Shown here in pieces: positions 62,003-64,000 of a stretch of 64,000 bases of DNA. Under the pieces are notes generated by a model. It was not told the origin of the DNA. It saw nothing but the letters and a program-made list of their open reading frames with translations, and did no database searches. Location: assembly GCA_017430325.1 (NCBI GenBank), contig JAFRNE010000002.1, positions 2,386 to 66,385 on the forward strand, written 5' to 3'. Position numbers and translations under genes: made by a program. The stretch's first letter is position 1. Every line of letters starts with the position of its first letter. This stretch comes from Eubacterium sp. GTDB taxonomy: Bacteria > Bacillota > Clostridia > Lachnospirales > Lachnospiraceae.

Positions 62003-62390
62003 ACAGCTGCCACCTCCTCAGCCGGTCAGTGCACAAGCCAAACTCTGTACTGCACCCGATATAAGTTGTCCCCTTCATGTCAATATGGCCGATCATACTA
62101 ATATTATCTGTCCCGGTTATCGCATCCATTCCATAATCCTCGCACCACAAAAGAAAGTCGTCGATATCTCCCGACTTCGCACTTTTCGACAGATATTCTT
62201 TACTTTTTATAAGCGGCGCCGTATATATCTTCTCGTACATAAAGGCTCTTATCGTTTCACAATTCATCACATACATCATTCCGAAAATACAGAAAACTAT
62301 CATCACCATAGTTATGAACATAACAACCGACGCCTCTATTGAGATCACTCCCGAATTATTTTTATTTCTATCTAATGACATTTTTGACAT
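61968..62390 (-). CDS. TadE-like minor pilin
   Basis: Class III signal peptide SG|VISIEAS (Glu at +5) followed by a hydrophobic helix. Confidence 0.75.
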   Translation of the reverse strand: MSKMSLDRNKNNSGVISIEASVVMFITMVMIVFCIFGMMYVMNCETIRAFMYEKIYTAPLIKSKEYLSKSAKSGDIDDFLLWCEDYGMDAITGTDNISMIGHIDMKGTTYIGCSTEFGLCTDRLRRWQLYDDIAEDTFGE

Positions 62391-63157
62391 TCGCCCAAAC
62401 CTCCGACCTCACTCAGCTTGACCCTCTTAACCGTCCTCAGCAGTCTCGAGCAATTTGGACTGCTGTGATATTTTTCACCATCCCCTGTTATAAATACAAA
62501 CGCTCCGGCATCAGATGCATGACAATAAGAACACGGCTCATAGCCACTCTTCTCAGCCGTATTTTTTCTCGTATACGTCGTGTAGTGATACAAATACGTG
62601 CATCCCCTGGAATGATGATAAACAACCCCGTTTTCCGCCACATAAACATAGATATCCTTCGGATCGTCATACTCCTCATCTGCACCCTTATAGCCTACAT
62701 AAGCTTTCTGCCTTATCGTATCTACATAAGTCTTTTCGAAGGTTCCGATCACCGGAACCGATATCCTCACTGTATAGCGAACCGAAATATCAATATAACC
62801 ATCATCATCCGGTATACCTGTTCCGATAAGCCTTATCCCATCAGCACCGCCGGATATGTATTTATCAACCAGCTCCTTATCATCCAGATAATCATCTATT
62901 TTCGACTGAGCCATTAAAAGATTTGAATACTCCAGCCCATCTGCTTTACCTGAGAGATAAGCGTACTCAGCCAGGTATTCTGCCGCTTCAACCGCTGCCG
63001 CCTCATATACGACCGTCCTTACGGCAATAACCCTGCAGAACAGAATAAAGGCATACATACACATCATAAATATCGGCAGGCATATAGAAGCTTCAAATGC
63101 AAGCGAACCACGGTTATCTTTCGTCCTCTTTCCACTTTTCGTATTACTGCTATCCAT
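62372..63157 (-). CDS. TadE-like pilin with two C-terminal His/Cys metal-binding motifs
   Basis: RG|SLAFEAS; YHHSRGC..PCSYC and YHSSPNC..ECQKC. Confidence 0.8.
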   Translation of the reverse strand: MDSSNTKSGKRTKDNRGSLAFEASICLPIFMMCMYAFILFCRVIAVRTVVYEAAAVEAAEYLAEYAYLSGKADGLEYSNLLMAQSKIDDYLDDKELVDKYISGGADGIRLIGTGIPDDDGYIDISVRYTVRISVPVIGTFEKTYVDTIRQKAYVGYKGADEEYDDPKDIYVYVAENGVVYHHSRGCTYLYHYTTYTRKNTAEKSGYEPCSYCHASDAGAFVFITGDGEKYHSSPNCSRLLRTVKRVKLSEVGGLGECQKCH

Positions 63158-63210
63158 CTAATGCGTATCCTCCCAACATGATCTCAACATCTTCTTTCCA
63201 TATTCTTTAA

Positions 63211-63333
63211 AAATATATGCTCCGGAACGAACACCGGGACCGTCTATTTTACCGTGCACTTTGGAGAGGTGAATGCTTGATTTTTAAACAAATCGATCAA
63301 GGCCGTATAGTGTTCGTTCCGCAGCATATATTT
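63211..63333. repeat. 123-bp intergenic element bounded by 24-bp inverted repeats
   Basis: 63211-63234 AAATATATGCTCCGGAACGAACAC versus 63310-63333 GTGTTCGTTCCGCAGCATATATTT: one mismatch, 75-nt spacer. Confidence 0.85.
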
Positions 63334-63380
63334 GTTGCTTATTTCACATTTTCATTACCTATCCTTCTCGCGCACTTCCA

Positions 63381-64000
63381 TCAATATCCATCTTCTCTGT
63401 AAAGCTTTATCTCCGTATCTCCATACTCAATAACAGCATCCACAGCAAACTCAACCGCTGCATTCTCCATCCTGAAGTCAGGATAAAACTGCCTTGTATT
63501 CAGCTCTATCAGATCAGCGGTTCTGTAATAAAGCTTATCCCCCTGGAGAGCCATAAGGATCATCAGGTATTCCTCATAATCCAGCCCTCTGTCATCATCC
63601 TCCTTCTCAACCGAAAGAAGCTCCTTTATACCATAAAGATCAGTCACCCAGTCCTCTTCCTTTTTCACAAGCGGAACCTTCTTACCCTCCACAAGAAATC
63701 TTGTGTCCGCACAGCTTTCCACATAGGCCCAGCAGCCTGCAAGAAGGTATTTTACAAGGGGCTGAAGGTATGGTGCCCACCAGGTAAGCGTTGCCGCGAG
63801 TGCAGAAACTCTGGCCATCTTTGAAGCATCCGTGATAATATATGCAAAGTTAAAGCCCAGTCTGAGTTTAATAAGTTTCTTTATCGTCCCGACATAATTC
63901 TCAGGATCACCGGCCTCACCGCAGATCAGATACTCCCTTTCCATATTCAGATAGGTCTCACGCTCTCTCTGATCCCTCAGGCACTTGAATACCTCGCTGT
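63381..64000 (-). CDS. DUF5702-like Tad-locus protein, partial (extends beyond window end)
   Basis: Frame stays open from 63944 to 64000 (SEVFKCLRDQRERETYLN); EREYLICG, AGCWAYVES, LDYEEYL, DLIELN motifs. Confidence 0.7.
   Translation of the reverse strand, partial: SEVFKCLRDQRERETYLNMEREYLICGEAGDPENYVGTIKKLIKLRLGFNFAYIITDASKMARVSALAATLTWWAPYLQPLVKYLLAGCWAYVESCADTRFLVEGKKVPLVKKEEDWVTDLYGIKELLSVEKEDDDRGLDYEEYLMILMALQGDKLYYRTADLIELNTRQFYPDFRMENAAVEFAVDAVIEYGDTEIKLYREDGY

Noticed and set aside
76-63402. Many short ORF-track entries antisense to or out of frame with long genes (e.g. 742-1278, 10413-11339, 34183-35031, 34785-35378, 45207-45803, 45427-45852, 51274-51957)
   Set aside because: Shadow ORFs of real genes or of coding repeats; no RBS or recognisable motifs.

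Overview
Chromosomal window from an anaerobic Firmicute; gene content and order suggest a Lachnospiraceae-like organism (inference). Most genes are on the minus strand. From left to right: a partial secreted repeat protein that the ORF track missed, a LytTR/DUF3021 pair and a prepilin peptidase (1-3.8 kb). A housekeeping block follows (aspS, hisS, hemZ, MBL hydrolase, relA, apt, recJ, secDF), then the SCIFF ranthipeptide pair scfA/scfB, an Rpn-like nuclease and an orphan BrnA-like ORF. The most notable region is a co-oriented ~19-kb cluster (20.2-39.0 kb): mltG, two FHA proteins, a PP2C phosphatase, a Hanks kinase with an extracellular TPR-like region, a membrane protein carrying an array of T-x-x-L motifs, and a 2990-aa membrane-anchored Ig-like protein with an AT-rich interior. 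After it come ppi, trmL, lysA, an HTH-Uma2 gene, two surface proteins (one with a Tyr/Gln pentapeptide tail), a GT2 plus polytopic membrane protein pair with a decayed second copy on the far side of an ApbE gene, an MMPL transporter, TrpB2, a lipoprotein, a GGDEF-EAL protein and the distal end of a Tad/Flp pilus locus with a third FHA paralog. I saw no rRNA, tRNA, CRISPR array or intact IS element. All family assignments come from motif recognition by eye, not from database searches.
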